Both the position numbers and the translations under genes were made by a program. Positions 17,304-27,034 of a stretch of DNA of 64,000 bases are shown here, piece by piece (position 1 is the stretch's first letter; each line of letters opens with the position of its first letter). The DNA lies in NCBI GenBank assembly GCA_015056005.1, contig SVHB01000002.1, forward strand, positions 13,188 through 77,187, given 5' to 3'. Origin of the DNA: Clostridiales bacterium (GTDB taxonomy: Bacteria; Bacillota; Clostridia; Christensenellales; UBA1750). Under the pieces are notes generated by a model. It was given only the letters and a program-made list of their open reading frames with translations, did no database searches and was not told the DNA's origin.

Positions 17304-18539
17304 TTAGAGGCTCTCATAGCGGATGCGCTGCAGCACTTCCACCCTGCACTTTAATGCGTCGACCTCTTCATTGAGCACTTTAAGAGGTGCTTCGCGGGTA
17401 ATGAAACCAAATTCATCAGGATATCTGGAAAGACGGACAATGCGGATGTCTTCCATTTTTTCAAGAACATAGGCTTCCTCTTCGCTGTGTTCAAGACCCT
17501 TTATTCTAACGAAAAGTCTGGTGGGAGCATCTGCGGGATCAAGCGCTTTAGGAGCTTCATCGCTGTATTTATCTGCAGCCTTTACATCGTTTTTATGCCA
17601 GATTGCATCGATAATATCGCCGCATACTGCGCTTGCGGTGGGCAGCATGCCTGCTCCTCTTCCGTAGAACATGGTATCGCCAACCATATCGCCGCGGACC
17701 ATAACGCCGTTGAAAACATCATTCACAACAGAAATGGGAGAACCCAGGGGAACCAGCATAGGAGCTACAAGGGCATAATAGCCTTCGTCTGTGCGCTGGC
17801 TCATAGCGATGAGCTTTATGATCCTGCCCATCTCCTTTGCATACACCATATCTTCGCGGGTCAGGGTATCAATACCGCTGCAGCTTATCATGGAAGTATC
17901 AAGCTCAGCGCCGAACGCAGCATGAGAAAGGATGCATATCTTTCTCTGCGCATCGTGGCCCAGAACATCAGCGGATGGATCAAGCTCTGCATAGCCCAGC
18001 TCCTGAGCTTCCTTGAGCGCCATGTCAAAAGCAACACCGCCATCCTTCATTCTGGTCAGTATGTAATTGGTGGTGCCGTTCAGAATACCGGCGATCCTTA
18101 CAATATGATTAGCAGCAAGACACTGCCTTAGCGGACGCACGATCGGAATACCGCCGCCTACGGATGCTTCATAAAGGTAATTAACCTTCTTCTTAGCGGC
18201 AATGGAAAGAAGCTCCTTGCCGTGAGTTGCGATAAGCTCCTTATTGGAGGTGATGCAGTGCTTGCCTGCAAGAAGCGCCATCTTGGTAAACTGATAAGCA
18301 GCGCCGATACCGCCCATGCATTCAACAACAACATCAATGGAATCATCGCCGATTATGTCGTTTACATCCTTTGTAAATCTGTCGGAATACGGCAGATCAT
18401 CAAAATCACGAAGGTCAAGGATCTTTGCGACTTCGACCGGTTCACCTGCTCTGTTGGCCATAAGCTCTGCGCTGTCAAAAAGGATCTTGGCAACGCCGGA
18501 ACCTACCGTGCCATGCCCCATTATGCCTATCTTCGCCAT
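17304..18539 (-). CDS. hom: Homoserine dehydrogenase
   Basis: N-terminal GIMGHGTVGSG Rossmann; NKELIA...YEASVGGGIPI and GILNGTTNYILT blocks; C-terminal ACT-like region. Confidence 0.92.
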   Translation of the reverse strand: MAKIGIMGHGTVGSGVAKILFDSAELMANRAGEPVEVAKILDLRDFDDLPYSDRFTKDVNDIIGDDSIDVVVECMGGIGAAYQFTKMALLAGKHCITSNKELIATHGKELLSIAAKKKVNYLYEASVGGGIPIVRPLRQCLAANHIVRIAGILNGTTNYILTRMKDGGVAFDMALKEAQELGYAELDPSADVLGHDAQRKICILSHAAFGAELDTSMISCSGIDTLTREDMVYAKEMGRIIKLIAMSQRTDEGYYALVAPMLVPLGSPISVVNDVFNGVMVRGDMVGDTMFYGRGAGMLPTASAVCGDIIDAIWHKNDVKAADKYSDEAPKALDPADAPTRLFVRIKGLEHSEEEAYVLEKMEDIRIVRLSRYPDEFGFITREAPLKVLNEEVDALKCRVEVLQRIRYESL

Positions 18540-18562
18540 CGTATAACCATCCTTAATATTTA

Positions 18563-19483
18563 TCAGATTTTGCGGATCCTTACTTTGTTCATCAGATCCT
18601 CATATGTTTCTTTTTCAAGCAAGCCTGTTCCGTTTGTCATAACGCCCGCAGTTCCCGCAGCGACCGCACTTGCAAATATTGCTTCAATATCGCTGTACAT
18701 GCTGATACCATGAATGAAACCGGCGACCATGCAATCGCCCGCACCCACAGTCGACTGAACATCGACATCTATTCTTGGTGCAAAAAGTGCATCGTTTTTT
18801 GTTACCAGCATAGCGCCATCGCTGCCCATGGAGATGAGCACATATTTTACTCCCTTTGCGATCAATGTTCTTGCACAGGTAACGATCTCATCCGGTGAAG
18901 CAAGCTTTTGACCCAAAAGAGCTTCAAACTCATGGATATTGGGCTTGATCATAAAGGGTGCAGCTTCTGAACCAAATTTGAGCGCCGTTGAATCCGCATC
19001 GAGTATTGCGGGGCAATGTATCTCATTTATAAGTGTCTTATAAAGATCCGGCGGACATCCGGGAGGCATTGAGCCTGTAAATACCATGTATTCACATTTC
19101 TTTGAAAGCTCGATACATTTATCGCGTACTGCATTAATCAGGCTTTGATCAACCGCCGCTCCTTTTTCGTTTATCTCGGTAATCGTACCTGTCTTTTTAT
19201 CCCGAAGCTTAATGTTTGTTCTGGCTGAGCCATCTGAAACTATAAAATCACAGATAACATTTCCCTTTTCTAATCTATCATAGAAAATATCGGCGTTTTT
19301 ATTATAAAGGAAACCGGTTGCAGCGGCTTCTTGCCCAAGTCTTTTCAGCGCAAGCGCCACATTTATACCCTTGCCGCCCGCATCGAGCATGGCACTTATG
19401 ACCCTGTTGGTACCGCCGAACTGGAAGGATTCTACTTCGCAGGTTTTATCAACACTGGGATTTAAGCAAACCGTTACAATCAA
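18563..19483 (-). CDS. 1-phosphofructokinase-family hexose-phosphate kinase (PfkB family)
   Basis: IVTVCLNPSVDKT N-terminus, GGKGINVA and GAGDCMVAG PfkB signatures. The TTG at 19483 follows GGAAGGGGG. The track start at 19513 (also TTG) would overlap the pyrE terminator. Confidence 0.8.
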   Translation of the reverse strand: MIVTVCLNPSVDKTCEVESFQFGGTNRVISAMLDAGGKGINVALALKRLGQEAAATGFLYNKNADIFYDRLEKGNVICDFIVSDGSARTNIKLRDKKTGTITEINEKGAAVDQSLINAVRDKCIELSKKCEYMVFTGSMPPGCPPDLYKTLINEIHCPAILDADSTALKFGSEAAPFMIKPNIHEFEALLGQKLASPDEIVTCARTLIAKGVKYVLISMGSDGAMLVTKNDALFAPRIDVDVQSTVGAGDCMVAGFIHGISMYSDIEAIFASAVAAGTAGVMTNGTGLLEKETYEDLMNKVRIRKI

Positions 19484-19511
19484 AGCACCGCGCCCCCTTC
19501 CTTTTATATAC

Positions 19512-19553
19512 AAAATAAGGCGCTTCGGTGTATATTTACACTTACGGCACCTT
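19512..19553 (-). terminator. Probable intrinsic terminator after pyrE
   Basis: Imperfect hairpin (aaggtgc...gcgcctt arms with G-U pairs) followed by TTATTTT on the minus strand. Confidence 0.4.
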
Positions 19554-19617
19554 ATATATAATCATAACATAACCCGGTTAATCAGGCAAGTTATTTTTTG
19601 ATTATGTCAATATTTGT

Positions 19618-20193
19618 TTACTCTAAAGGAATCCCGGCTTTGCAAAGAGGGCAATCCTCGGGCTCATAGGATTCTGTATGCAGGATCACAAAGGATTCCT
19701 TTTTATATTTGATAGGAGGGCGCTCGTTTCCGTGGTTTATAACGGATGCTACGCCTACAACTTCGCCGCCAAAGCTCTCCACAAGAGCTGCAACCTCGCG
19801 AATAGAACCGCCGGTCGTGATCTCGTCTTCCGCGATCAATACTCTCTGCCCGGGTTTGATGGAAAAGCCGCGCCTGAGCTTCATGGAACCGCCGGAACGC
19901 TCGGAGAATATCGCCTTTACACCAAGAACTCTTGCAAGCTCATATGCAACAATGATGCCGCCGATCGCAGGACCGATAACGATATCAATTTTGTCTTCCT
20001 CAAAAGCCTTGGCAAGAATATTGCAAACCTCGCCCGTTGCCTTGGGATCCTCAAAAAGATGCGAGATCTGCAAATACTGTGCGCAATGCTTGCCGGAGGT
20101 CAGCATAAAATGTCCATCCTTCAAAGCACCTGTATTTTTCAGCAGCTCCAGTCTTGTCTGATCGCTGCACATGATATTCTGCATATCTGTCAC
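19618..20193 (-). CDS. pyrE: Orotate phosphoribosyltransferase
   Basis: PRPP-binding loop VLIAEDEITTGGS, GHFMLTSGKH N-terminal motif; a GAGGTG RBS lies 6 nt upstream of the ATG. Confidence 0.9.
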   Translation of the reverse strand: MTDMQNIMCSDQTRLELLKNTGALKDGHFMLTSGKHCAQYLQISHLFEDPKATGEVCNILAKAFEEDKIDIVIGPAIGGIIVAYELARVLGVKAIFSERSGGSMKLRRGFSIKPGQRVLIAEDEITTGGSIREVAALVESFGGEVVGVASVINHGNERPPIKYKKESFVILHTESYEPEDCPLCKAGIPLE

Positions 20194-20266
20194 CTCATGT
20201 CAAAAAAATGCGAATAAATATAATAATTCTACATGTAACACGAAAATCCTTCAATTTTTTTCGATT

Positions 20267-22102
20267 TCACTTTTCAAACAACTGTTTCAAGGATTCACTT
20301 AAAGAGTCTTCCATGCCTTTGAGCGTACTTTTGTTATATAATTCCATATACGCTTTATATTCCTTTTCAAAATCAGATCCCGAACAGGTTATAAGCTTTT
20401 TGAAAACAACTTCCATAGCAATTTCTACGTTTAAGGTATATTCCTGCTCAAGCACTGCATAAACAGCTTTTGCCTTTTCCTCTTTTTCGGAATCAAGCTC
20501 AATATATAAGACCTTACCTTTATCGACTATGTCCTTTTTATAAAGATAAGGAACAAAATATCTTTGATCAAACTTTATATTGTTAAGATCATAAACATAA
20601 AACGGACTTTCATAGCCTACATCCCTTGAGCATACTCCGTAAACCTCGTGATTCCAATACTCATAAGAGCCGCTCAATGCGTTCACAAGACCGTATTTCC
20701 AGCCATCGTTTTCGCCGGATATGCCGCTGAGCATATAATCTGCGACCTGATCGTACTCGTCCTTGAAACGCCTTTGCTGCCCTTCACCTTCTGACAGATC
20801 AACGCCCCAGTTCCTGAGCTCCTGTGCTTCAAGCGAATAGTTCCAATCCGCCCATTTCAGTAGCCATTCAAGATCGGCCTGACCAAATCGCTTAGCGTTA
20901 AACCCTACAGCACCTCGTGTTTCAAGAGACAGCTTTACCGCAGCGCCGCCGCTTGTGCTTGAAGTGAAAGCGGGGAAAAGCCGCCAGCCGTATTCGTTGC
21001 CCGTGATGGGCGATATCTCTGTTTTCGGTTCAAGCCACCAGTTCATAACGGCATATGATCTACTGTTTGAAGTATCGGACATAAAATCGGTGATCCAGCC
21101 GTTATTGTAAGCAGTATTAAGCCACAGAAGATAATCATGCCACTCATCTGTGCTTTCAAAGAAAGCCAGATCATCCGATCCAAAAGCGATGTTATTTGGG
21201 TATAGCGGCATATCGTCAAATATACGGTCTGCAAAGCTGTATCCCGACCACTTTATAGCCGCAGCCGAATTATCCGCCGCAGGGTGGATAACGCCGACAT
21301 CAAGTCCATAGGCTTTGATGCACTCCTGCGCTTTTTTTAGATATTCGGAAAGATCGTCAAGCGAATTTATATGACTGTCATCAATATATGCGTAGTTCAT
21401 ATTATCCGCATATACATCGTATAAGGTCTCTATGGTGGAAGCAGGTACGCTGCCCTGCTCTACCGTGTTCAAAATATCATCGCGTATCCAGATATACGAT
21501 ATGTTTATTTCCGTGTTGTCGATCCCATATCTGGAATCCCTTATATCCTCCTGAAAAAGAGGTGAAGGCAGAGTCGGGATATAATACCACTCGCCCGTAT
21601 CCTCATCCGCATTTGCATAATACCAGTCTTCAAAGGATATTCCCATTCGTTCAAGGCGAGCTATAGTTTGCGGCATATACTCTTTAGCTGTTTCAAATGG
21701 GATAGAAAGAAGAAAACCCGAATTTTTCAGGAGCTCAAATCGTTCTTCAACATCGAATATGCCTTCGTCCACAGCTATGATGTCAGGAAGAGTATTCCCC
21801 GCTACAGCATTTGTGATATATGCCGTGTAATCGTTTACTCCGTTCAGAGCCTGAATTTCTGCCTTTACATTCGTTTTCTCTCGCCAGATATCGGTCAGAA
21901 TATCAGAATCGCTTTTTCTGTCCGTTAAGGCTTCAAAGCCGAGCATGGTCACGGTCTTAAAACCATGATCCGTTTCCTGAACGTCTTGAATCGCCTCTTC
22001 AAGCTTTGGTGTGGAAACAGATTCGGGGAGCTGATTTTCAGAACAACCCGCAAGCGTAAGCACCACAGCAATGCCAAGCAGCAAAGCAAGTATTTTCTTC
22101 AT
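20267..22102 (-). CDS. Large lipoprotein, possibly extracellular solute-binding-like (sugar)
   Basis: Signal peptide MKKILALLLGIAVVLTLAGC (lipobox); 611 aa. Resemblance to large family-1 solute-binding lipoproteins is from recall only, and no permease genes are adjacent. Confidence 0.5.
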   Translation of the reverse strand: MKKILALLLGIAVVLTLAGCSENQLPESVSTPKLEEAIQDVQETDHGFKTVTMLGFEALTDRKSDSDILTDIWREKTNVKAEIQALNGVNDYTAYITNAVAGNTLPDIIAVDEGIFDVEERFELLKNSGFLLSIPFETAKEYMPQTIARLERMGISFEDWYYANADEDTGEWYYIPTLPSPLFQEDIRDSRYGIDNTEINISYIWIRDDILNTVEQGSVPASTIETLYDVYADNMNYAYIDDSHINSLDDLSEYLKKAQECIKAYGLDVGVIHPAADNSAAAIKWSGYSFADRIFDDMPLYPNNIAFGSDDLAFFESTDEWHDYLLWLNTAYNNGWITDFMSDTSNSRSYAVMNWWLEPKTEISPITGNEYGWRLFPAFTSSTSGGAAVKLSLETRGAVGFNAKRFGQADLEWLLKWADWNYSLEAQELRNWGVDLSEGEGQQRRFKDEYDQVADYMLSGISGENDGWKYGLVNALSGSYEYWNHEVYGVCSRDVGYESPFYVYDLNNIKFDQRYFVPYLYKKDIVDKGKVLYIELDSEKEEKAKAVYAVLEQEYTLNVEIAMEVVFKKLITCSGSDFEKEYKAYMELYNKSTLKGMEDSLSESLKQLFEK

Positions 22103-22141
22103 AAAATCAACTCCCCGTAAACAAAATTCTATTTAATTGTA

Positions 22142-23641
22142 TCAGAGTTCCGCAATACGGTCAAATGCGGGTTTCAGGGTATAGTAAAGGCTGCAGTAAG
22201 TTTCATATACCTTCTGATACTTTTCATGGTTTTCCATGTTGGGAAAGTTTACGGTTTCTTCTTTAAGGACAGAAATCGCATCCTGCACGGAAGGCCAGAC
22301 ACCGACGCCGACACCGGCAACAAGAGCAGCACCGTAAGCGCCGCCTTCGGTAGCGCCGGAAACGGTATATACGGGAACGCCGAATATATCCGCAAGCAGC
22401 TGACGCCAGAAAGCGCTGGTGGTAGCGCCGCCTGAAGCGATGATCTTCTCAACCTTAATATCGGGGTCAAGGCCTGCGATTATCTCAATAATAGAGCGCA
22501 GAGAGAAGGTTACGCCTTCCATGACAGCCCTTGCCATTGAACCCATATCGGAAAGCAGGGAAAGACCTATAAAAGTACCCCTTGCGTTGGGATCATTGTG
22601 GGGGCAGCGCTCGCCCGCCTGATAAGGCAGGAAGAAAAGACCGTTGCAGCCAAGAGGAGCCTCTTCAGCAAGTTTGTTGAGCTCATCGTATGAAATGCCG
22701 TTTGCAAGGTTGTCCTTGAACCATTTATAGGAACCACCTGAGCAAAGAGTGGAGCCAAAGGCATGCCAGAGATTGGGAGCGTTGTTGCAGAACATCTGCA
22801 AAAGACCGCCTTTGTTCTCGTAATACTTATCAAGACCCATGGAAACATTACCGGAAGTACCGATTACAACGCCGACTACGCCGGGCTTTACAAGGCCGGT
22901 ACCGGTGGTCTGGATGACGGCATCGCCGCCGCCGCCTACTACGGGAAGGCCCTCGGGCAGACCGGTGATCTCTGCAGCTTCTTTGGTAACACAGCCTGTA
23001 AGAGCGGTGCTTTCCACGCACTCGGGGAAGAGATTAGGATCAAGGCCCACTTTTTCGATAAGCTCTCTAGCATATTTGCGGTTCTTGCAATCGAAGAAGC
23101 CAAGACCGGAGGCATCGGAAACCTCAGTCATCTTAAGACCTGTGAGCATCAGACGGATATAATCCTTGGGAAGCATAATGGTCTTGGTACGGACAAAGTT
23201 TTCGGGCTCATACTGCTTCATCCAGAGTATCTTACCGCCTGTATAGCCGGGGAGCATCTGGTTGTTGGTATAAGAAAGCAGACCGTCAAGACCACCGGCT
23301 TTTTCGGTGATCTCTTCGCACTGGGGCATGGTACGAACATCGTTCCAAAGGATAGCGGGACGGATGACTTCGTTGTTCTCGTCAAGCGCTACCATACCGT
23401 GCATCTGACCGGAGAACGAAAGACCCTTGAGCTCGGATTTATCCACGCCTTCAAGAACGCTGTGGAGGGATTCGACAACTGCGTCCCACCATTTGGACAC
23501 TACCATTTCAGACCAGCCGGGCTTGAGCACTAAAGTGTCATAACCAACTGTTTTGGATCTGACGATAGAGCCGTTTTCATCAATTATTATCGTTTTGGTA
23601 CCGGAAGTGCCTACATCGATACCAATAAGAAGCTTCGCCAA
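22142..23641 (-). CDS. xylB: Xylulokinase (FGGY carbohydrate kinase)
   Basis: LIGIDVGTSGTK N-terminal FGGY motif, ...ASGGATTSAFWRQLLADIFG C-terminal motif. TTG start 8 nt after AGGAGG. Confidence 0.85.
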   Translation of the reverse strand: MAKLLIGIDVGTSGTKTIIIDENGSIVRSKTVGYDTLVLKPGWSEMVVSKWWDAVVESLHSVLEGVDKSELKGLSFSGQMHGMVALDENNEVIRPAILWNDVRTMPQCEEITEKAGGLDGLLSYTNNQMLPGYTGGKILWMKQYEPENFVRTKTIMLPKDYIRLMLTGLKMTEVSDASGLGFFDCKNRKYARELIEKVGLDPNLFPECVESTALTGCVTKEAAEITGLPEGLPVVGGGGDAVIQTTGTGLVKPGVVGVVIGTSGNVSMGLDKYYENKGGLLQMFCNNAPNLWHAFGSTLCSGGSYKWFKDNLANGISYDELNKLAEEAPLGCNGLFFLPYQAGERCPHNDPNARGTFIGLSLLSDMGSMARAVMEGVTFSLRSIIEIIAGLDPDIKVEKIIASGGATTSAFWRQLLADIFGVPVYTVSGATEGGAYGAALVAGVGVGVWPSVQDAISVLKEETVNFPNMENHEKYQKVYETYCSLYYTLKPAFDRIAEL

Positions 23642-23653
23642 TTTAGTTTCCTC

Positions 23654-25681
23654 CTATTCATATTGCAGGATGCTTATGCCCCAAGGCTCAAGGCAAACGC
23701 TTGAAGATACCTTTTCGCCTGTTAAAGCGTTTGTATATTCGGCGTTTTTAAGCGTAACAGTCTTTTTCCCCGTTGAGTAGTTCATAACGAAAATCGTCTT
23801 TACGCCGTCCTTTTCTCTTTCGGTGACATAGACATTTTCGGGAAGAACATCCGTATTTCCTGCGGGTCTGTATATGCCGGCTTGGTTTATGAGGCTTCCA
23901 AAGAATGCTTCAAGCATTTTGTTTTCCGCTCTTGAAGCGACATAATATGCTTTGCCTTTGCCAAAACCGTTGCAGGTGATCGCAGGAGTTCCCTTATAGA
24001 AATCATCACCGTAGACCGCAAGAGTTTCAGCACCTTCTGTATGAACAATATCGCACAGAAAACCGCAGTCATATTCGGTTCCATCGCTAAATACAATACG
24101 GTTCTTCTGATCGGGATAAAGAACATCGGTTTCTTCTGCCCAAATGCCAAGAACATCTCTTAGTCTTCCGGGGAAGCCGCCTAAAATGCAAAGGCTGTTT
24201 TCGTCGGTTATGCAGCTGGCATAGGTAGTAACGAAAATGCCGCCGTTTTGCACAAATTCTCTTATCCACTTGTCTGTATCGGGCTTCATGAGATACATCA
24301 TGGGCGCGATGACGAGCTTATAAGCGGAAAGATCACTGTCGGATTCGACGATATCCACGTTTATACCGTGGCGTTTGAGCGCGCGATAATTCTCAACGCA
24401 GACTTCAACATATTGCTTATCGCCTTTGTGATAGCTCTGAGCAAAGTTCAGTGCCCAGCGGTTATCCCAATCGTAAATGATCGCAGCTTCCGCTTTGTTC
24501 ATAGAACCGGCCACATTCTTCAGCTTTTCCAAAATATCGCCAAGCTCGGCAACTTCTGAGAACACCCTGTTGTTCTCAGTGCCTTCGTGACTTACCACTG
24601 CGCCGTGATGCTTTTCAAAACTGCCGCGGCTTTGTCTCCACTGGAAATACTGCACGCTGTCGGAGCCGTGCGCAACCGCAGTAAGAGATGAAAGCTTTTG
24701 TACTCCCGGGCGCTTCATGCGGTTCACATCAGACCAGTTGACCAGCGATGGAGTTGACTCCATAAGCAGGAAGGGCTTTTTGAGGAAGCTCCTTGAAAGA
24801 TCGTGCATGAAGCAGGTGTTGAGCATCATTTCGTAATCGGAATCATCGCCTCTGAACTTTGGATATGAATCCCAGCTGGCAACATCGATGACATCGGTAA
24901 AGCGCCAGTAATCAAGCCCGCCGAAAATCTCCATAAAGTTTGCGGTAATTGGCTTTTCGGGAGCAAACTCCTTCAATGGAGCACATTCGGCTTTCATGAA
25001 ATCGACGGTTTGCAAAGTGCAGTATCTTTTCCAATCGAGCCTGAGCCCGTCGATGCTGCCTTCACCTCTTGTAAACGGAGGTTCTATCTCATCAAAATCA
25101 TTGTACCTGTGGCTCCAGAAATCTGACCAATAGGCCCTGTTGAGCTCTTCTATGGTGCCGTACTTCTTTTTGAGATATATTCTGAACTCGTCCACGCAAA
25201 GCGGGCAGAAGCACTCGCCGCTGTATTCGTTGGAAATGTGCCAGCCTACAATCGCAGGGTGATCACCGTATCTTTTTGCAAGTTCGGTATTTATTATGCG
25301 AACCTTTTCCCTGTAAATCGGAGATGTCATGCAATGATTGTGCCTGCCGCCGTGATGATTTTTGGAATCATCGGCATTTGTTCTGAGCACTTCTGGATAC
25401 TTATAAGACATCCAGGCGGGTCTTGCGCCTGAAGGAGTAGCAAGCAAAACCTTTCTGCCGGCAGCATTAAGGTCATCCAGAACCTTGTCGAGCCAACCGA
25501 AGTTGAACTCGCCTTCCTTCGGCTCAAGGGCTGACCATGCAAAAATACCTACGCTGAAAAGATCGCATTTTGAAAGCTGCATGAGCCTGATATCCTCTTT
25601 GAGGATATCAGGATACTCACGCCACTGATCGGGGTTATAATCGCCCCCGTGCAGTATTTTGTCGAATTTCCAGTCGGCCAT
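23654..25681 (-). CDS. GH42 beta-galactosidase
   Basis: HGGDYNPDQW N-terminus, WHISNEY catalytic acid/base block, about 675 aa trimeric GH42 layout. The ATG at 25681 follows GGTGA and lies 1 nt past the pmbA stop; the track's TTG start is at 25696. Confidence 0.88.
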   Translation of the reverse strand: MADWKFDKILHGGDYNPDQWREYPDILKEDIRLMQLSKCDLFSVGIFAWSALEPKEGEFNFGWLDKVLDDLNAAGRKVLLATPSGARPAWMSYKYPEVLRTNADDSKNHHGGRHNHCMTSPIYREKVRIINTELAKRYGDHPAIVGWHISNEYSGECFCPLCVDEFRIYLKKKYGTIEELNRAYWSDFWSHRYNDFDEIEPPFTRGEGSIDGLRLDWKRYCTLQTVDFMKAECAPLKEFAPEKPITANFMEIFGGLDYWRFTDVIDVASWDSYPKFRGDDSDYEMMLNTCFMHDLSRSFLKKPFLLMESTPSLVNWSDVNRMKRPGVQKLSSLTAVAHGSDSVQYFQWRQSRGSFEKHHGAVVSHEGTENNRVFSEVAELGDILEKLKNVAGSMNKAEAAIIYDWDNRWALNFAQSYHKGDKQYVEVCVENYRALKRHGINVDIVESDSDLSAYKLVIAPMMYLMKPDTDKWIREFVQNGGIFVTTYASCITDENSLCILGGFPGRLRDVLGIWAEETDVLYPDQKNRIVFSDGTEYDCGFLCDIVHTEGAETLAVYGDDFYKGTPAITCNGFGKGKAYYVASRAENKMLEAFFGSLINQAGIYRPAGNTDVLPENVYVTEREKDGVKTIFVMNYSTGKKTVTLKNAEYTNALTGEKVSSSVCLEPWGISILQYE

Positions 25682-25682
25682 T

Positions 25683-27032
25683 TTATTCACCAGCAACGGC
25701 TATCTCGCTTATCATAACGGAAGGCATGATAAGCATAGCTGAGCCGATATCGGTATACATGTCTGAACCTACGGCAACTATGTTTTTGAGCACTTCAAAG
25801 AAATTGCCTGCAATGGTCATCTGTTCAAGAGGACCGGTAATTACTCCGTCTTTTACCTCAAAGCCCTTGGAAAGCAGGGAGAAATCGCCGGAAACGGCAT
25901 TTGCACCCGCGTGCAGACCGGAGATATCGGTGATTATAATGCCGTCGCCCATGTCTTTTGCAAGACCTTCAAGATCCTTTTCACCGGGATTTACGGTCAT
26001 GATGACTGCGGAAATTCCTACAGGGCTCTTATAACCGGCTTTTGCACCGTTGCCGGTGGGCTTTACGCCCTGCTTATTTGCGGTCTTGAGGTTGTGAAGA
26101 AGGGTCTTCAGAACACCGTTTTCGATAATGCTCTTATCAACGGTGGGAACGCCTTCATCGTCGAATTCGGAAATGCCTATGCAGCCTTCGCGCATGGGTT
26201 CATCCCTAAGGGTAAAGATATCGGAAGCGACCTTCTCGCCTTCCTTGCCCGCCAGCAGAGAAAGACCCTTCTGAGCGTTTTCTGCGCTGAAAACGGAGGA
26301 GAAGGTCTGCATGAAGGTGCAAAGAACATCATTTCTCATGATCGCCTTATACTTGCCGGACTTGGGCTGCTTTGCGCCGATATAGGCAAGAGCATCGTTT
26401 ACCGCGTCCTTAGCAAGAGCATCGATATCAACGCTGAGGATATCATGACCCATCTTGAATGCACTGCCGTTGTACATAAGACCGTTATCTTCCACAACAG
26501 GACCTACCACGATAACAAAGTAGTTGGTATTCTTTTTCAGATCAAGTCCCTGAGTGTTCTTGATAACGACGCTGGAGGATACGGTGGAAACGCGGTTATA
26601 AGCCACGGTCTTGACCCTCTTGTCGCATGCCTTTGCTGCTTTTTCAAGGGCAAAAGCTATGTCGATCTTCTGGTGTGCAGAAACACTATTTAAACTTTCG
26701 TCATAAGCTGCGCTGCCGTCTGCATATTCGCTTCCGCCGTCATAGATGAACTCGATATCATCATTTTCAACGGACTTTGCAGATTCGATAGCTTTGTTTA
26801 TGAGCATTTCGCAGACTGCATCGTCTGCGATCTCGCTGTAGGAATAGCCCATCTTGCCGCCGTAAAGACCACGGAAACTGATACCGGTGCTGGAGTTTAC
26901 GTTATATGCATCGATCTCGCCATTGAACACGGAAACCGCAAAGCTTTCGCCGGAAACGGCATATACTTCTGCCTTTTCAAAACCGGCTTCCTTCGCTTTC
27001 TCAAGCAGTATATCAAAGAATTTTTCGTTCAT
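25683..27032 (-). CDS. pmbA: TldE/PmbA-family metalloprotease subunit
   Basis: 449 aa of the PmbA_TldD family, immediately downstream of tldD (2-nt gap) with a GGGAGG RBS. Confidence 0.85.
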   Translation of the reverse strand: MNEKFFDILLEKAKEAGFEKAEVYAVSGESFAVSVFNGEIDAYNVNSSTGISFRGLYGGKMGYSYSEIADDAVCEMLINKAIESAKSVENDDIEFIYDGGSEYADGSAAYDESLNSVSAHQKIDIAFALEKAAKACDKRVKTVAYNRVSTVSSSVVIKNTQGLDLKKNTNYFVIVVGPVVEDNGLMYNGSAFKMGHDILSVDIDALAKDAVNDALAYIGAKQPKSGKYKAIMRNDVLCTFMQTFSSVFSAENAQKGLSLLAGKEGEKVASDIFTLRDEPMREGCIGISEFDDEGVPTVDKSIIENGVLKTLLHNLKTANKQGVKPTGNGAKAGYKSPVGISAVIMTVNPGEKDLEGLAKDMGDGIIITDISGLHAGANAVSGDFSLLSKGFEVKDGVITGPLEQMTIAGNFFEVLKNIVAVGSDMYTDIGSAMLIMPSVMISEIAVAGE

Positions 27033-27034
27033 GC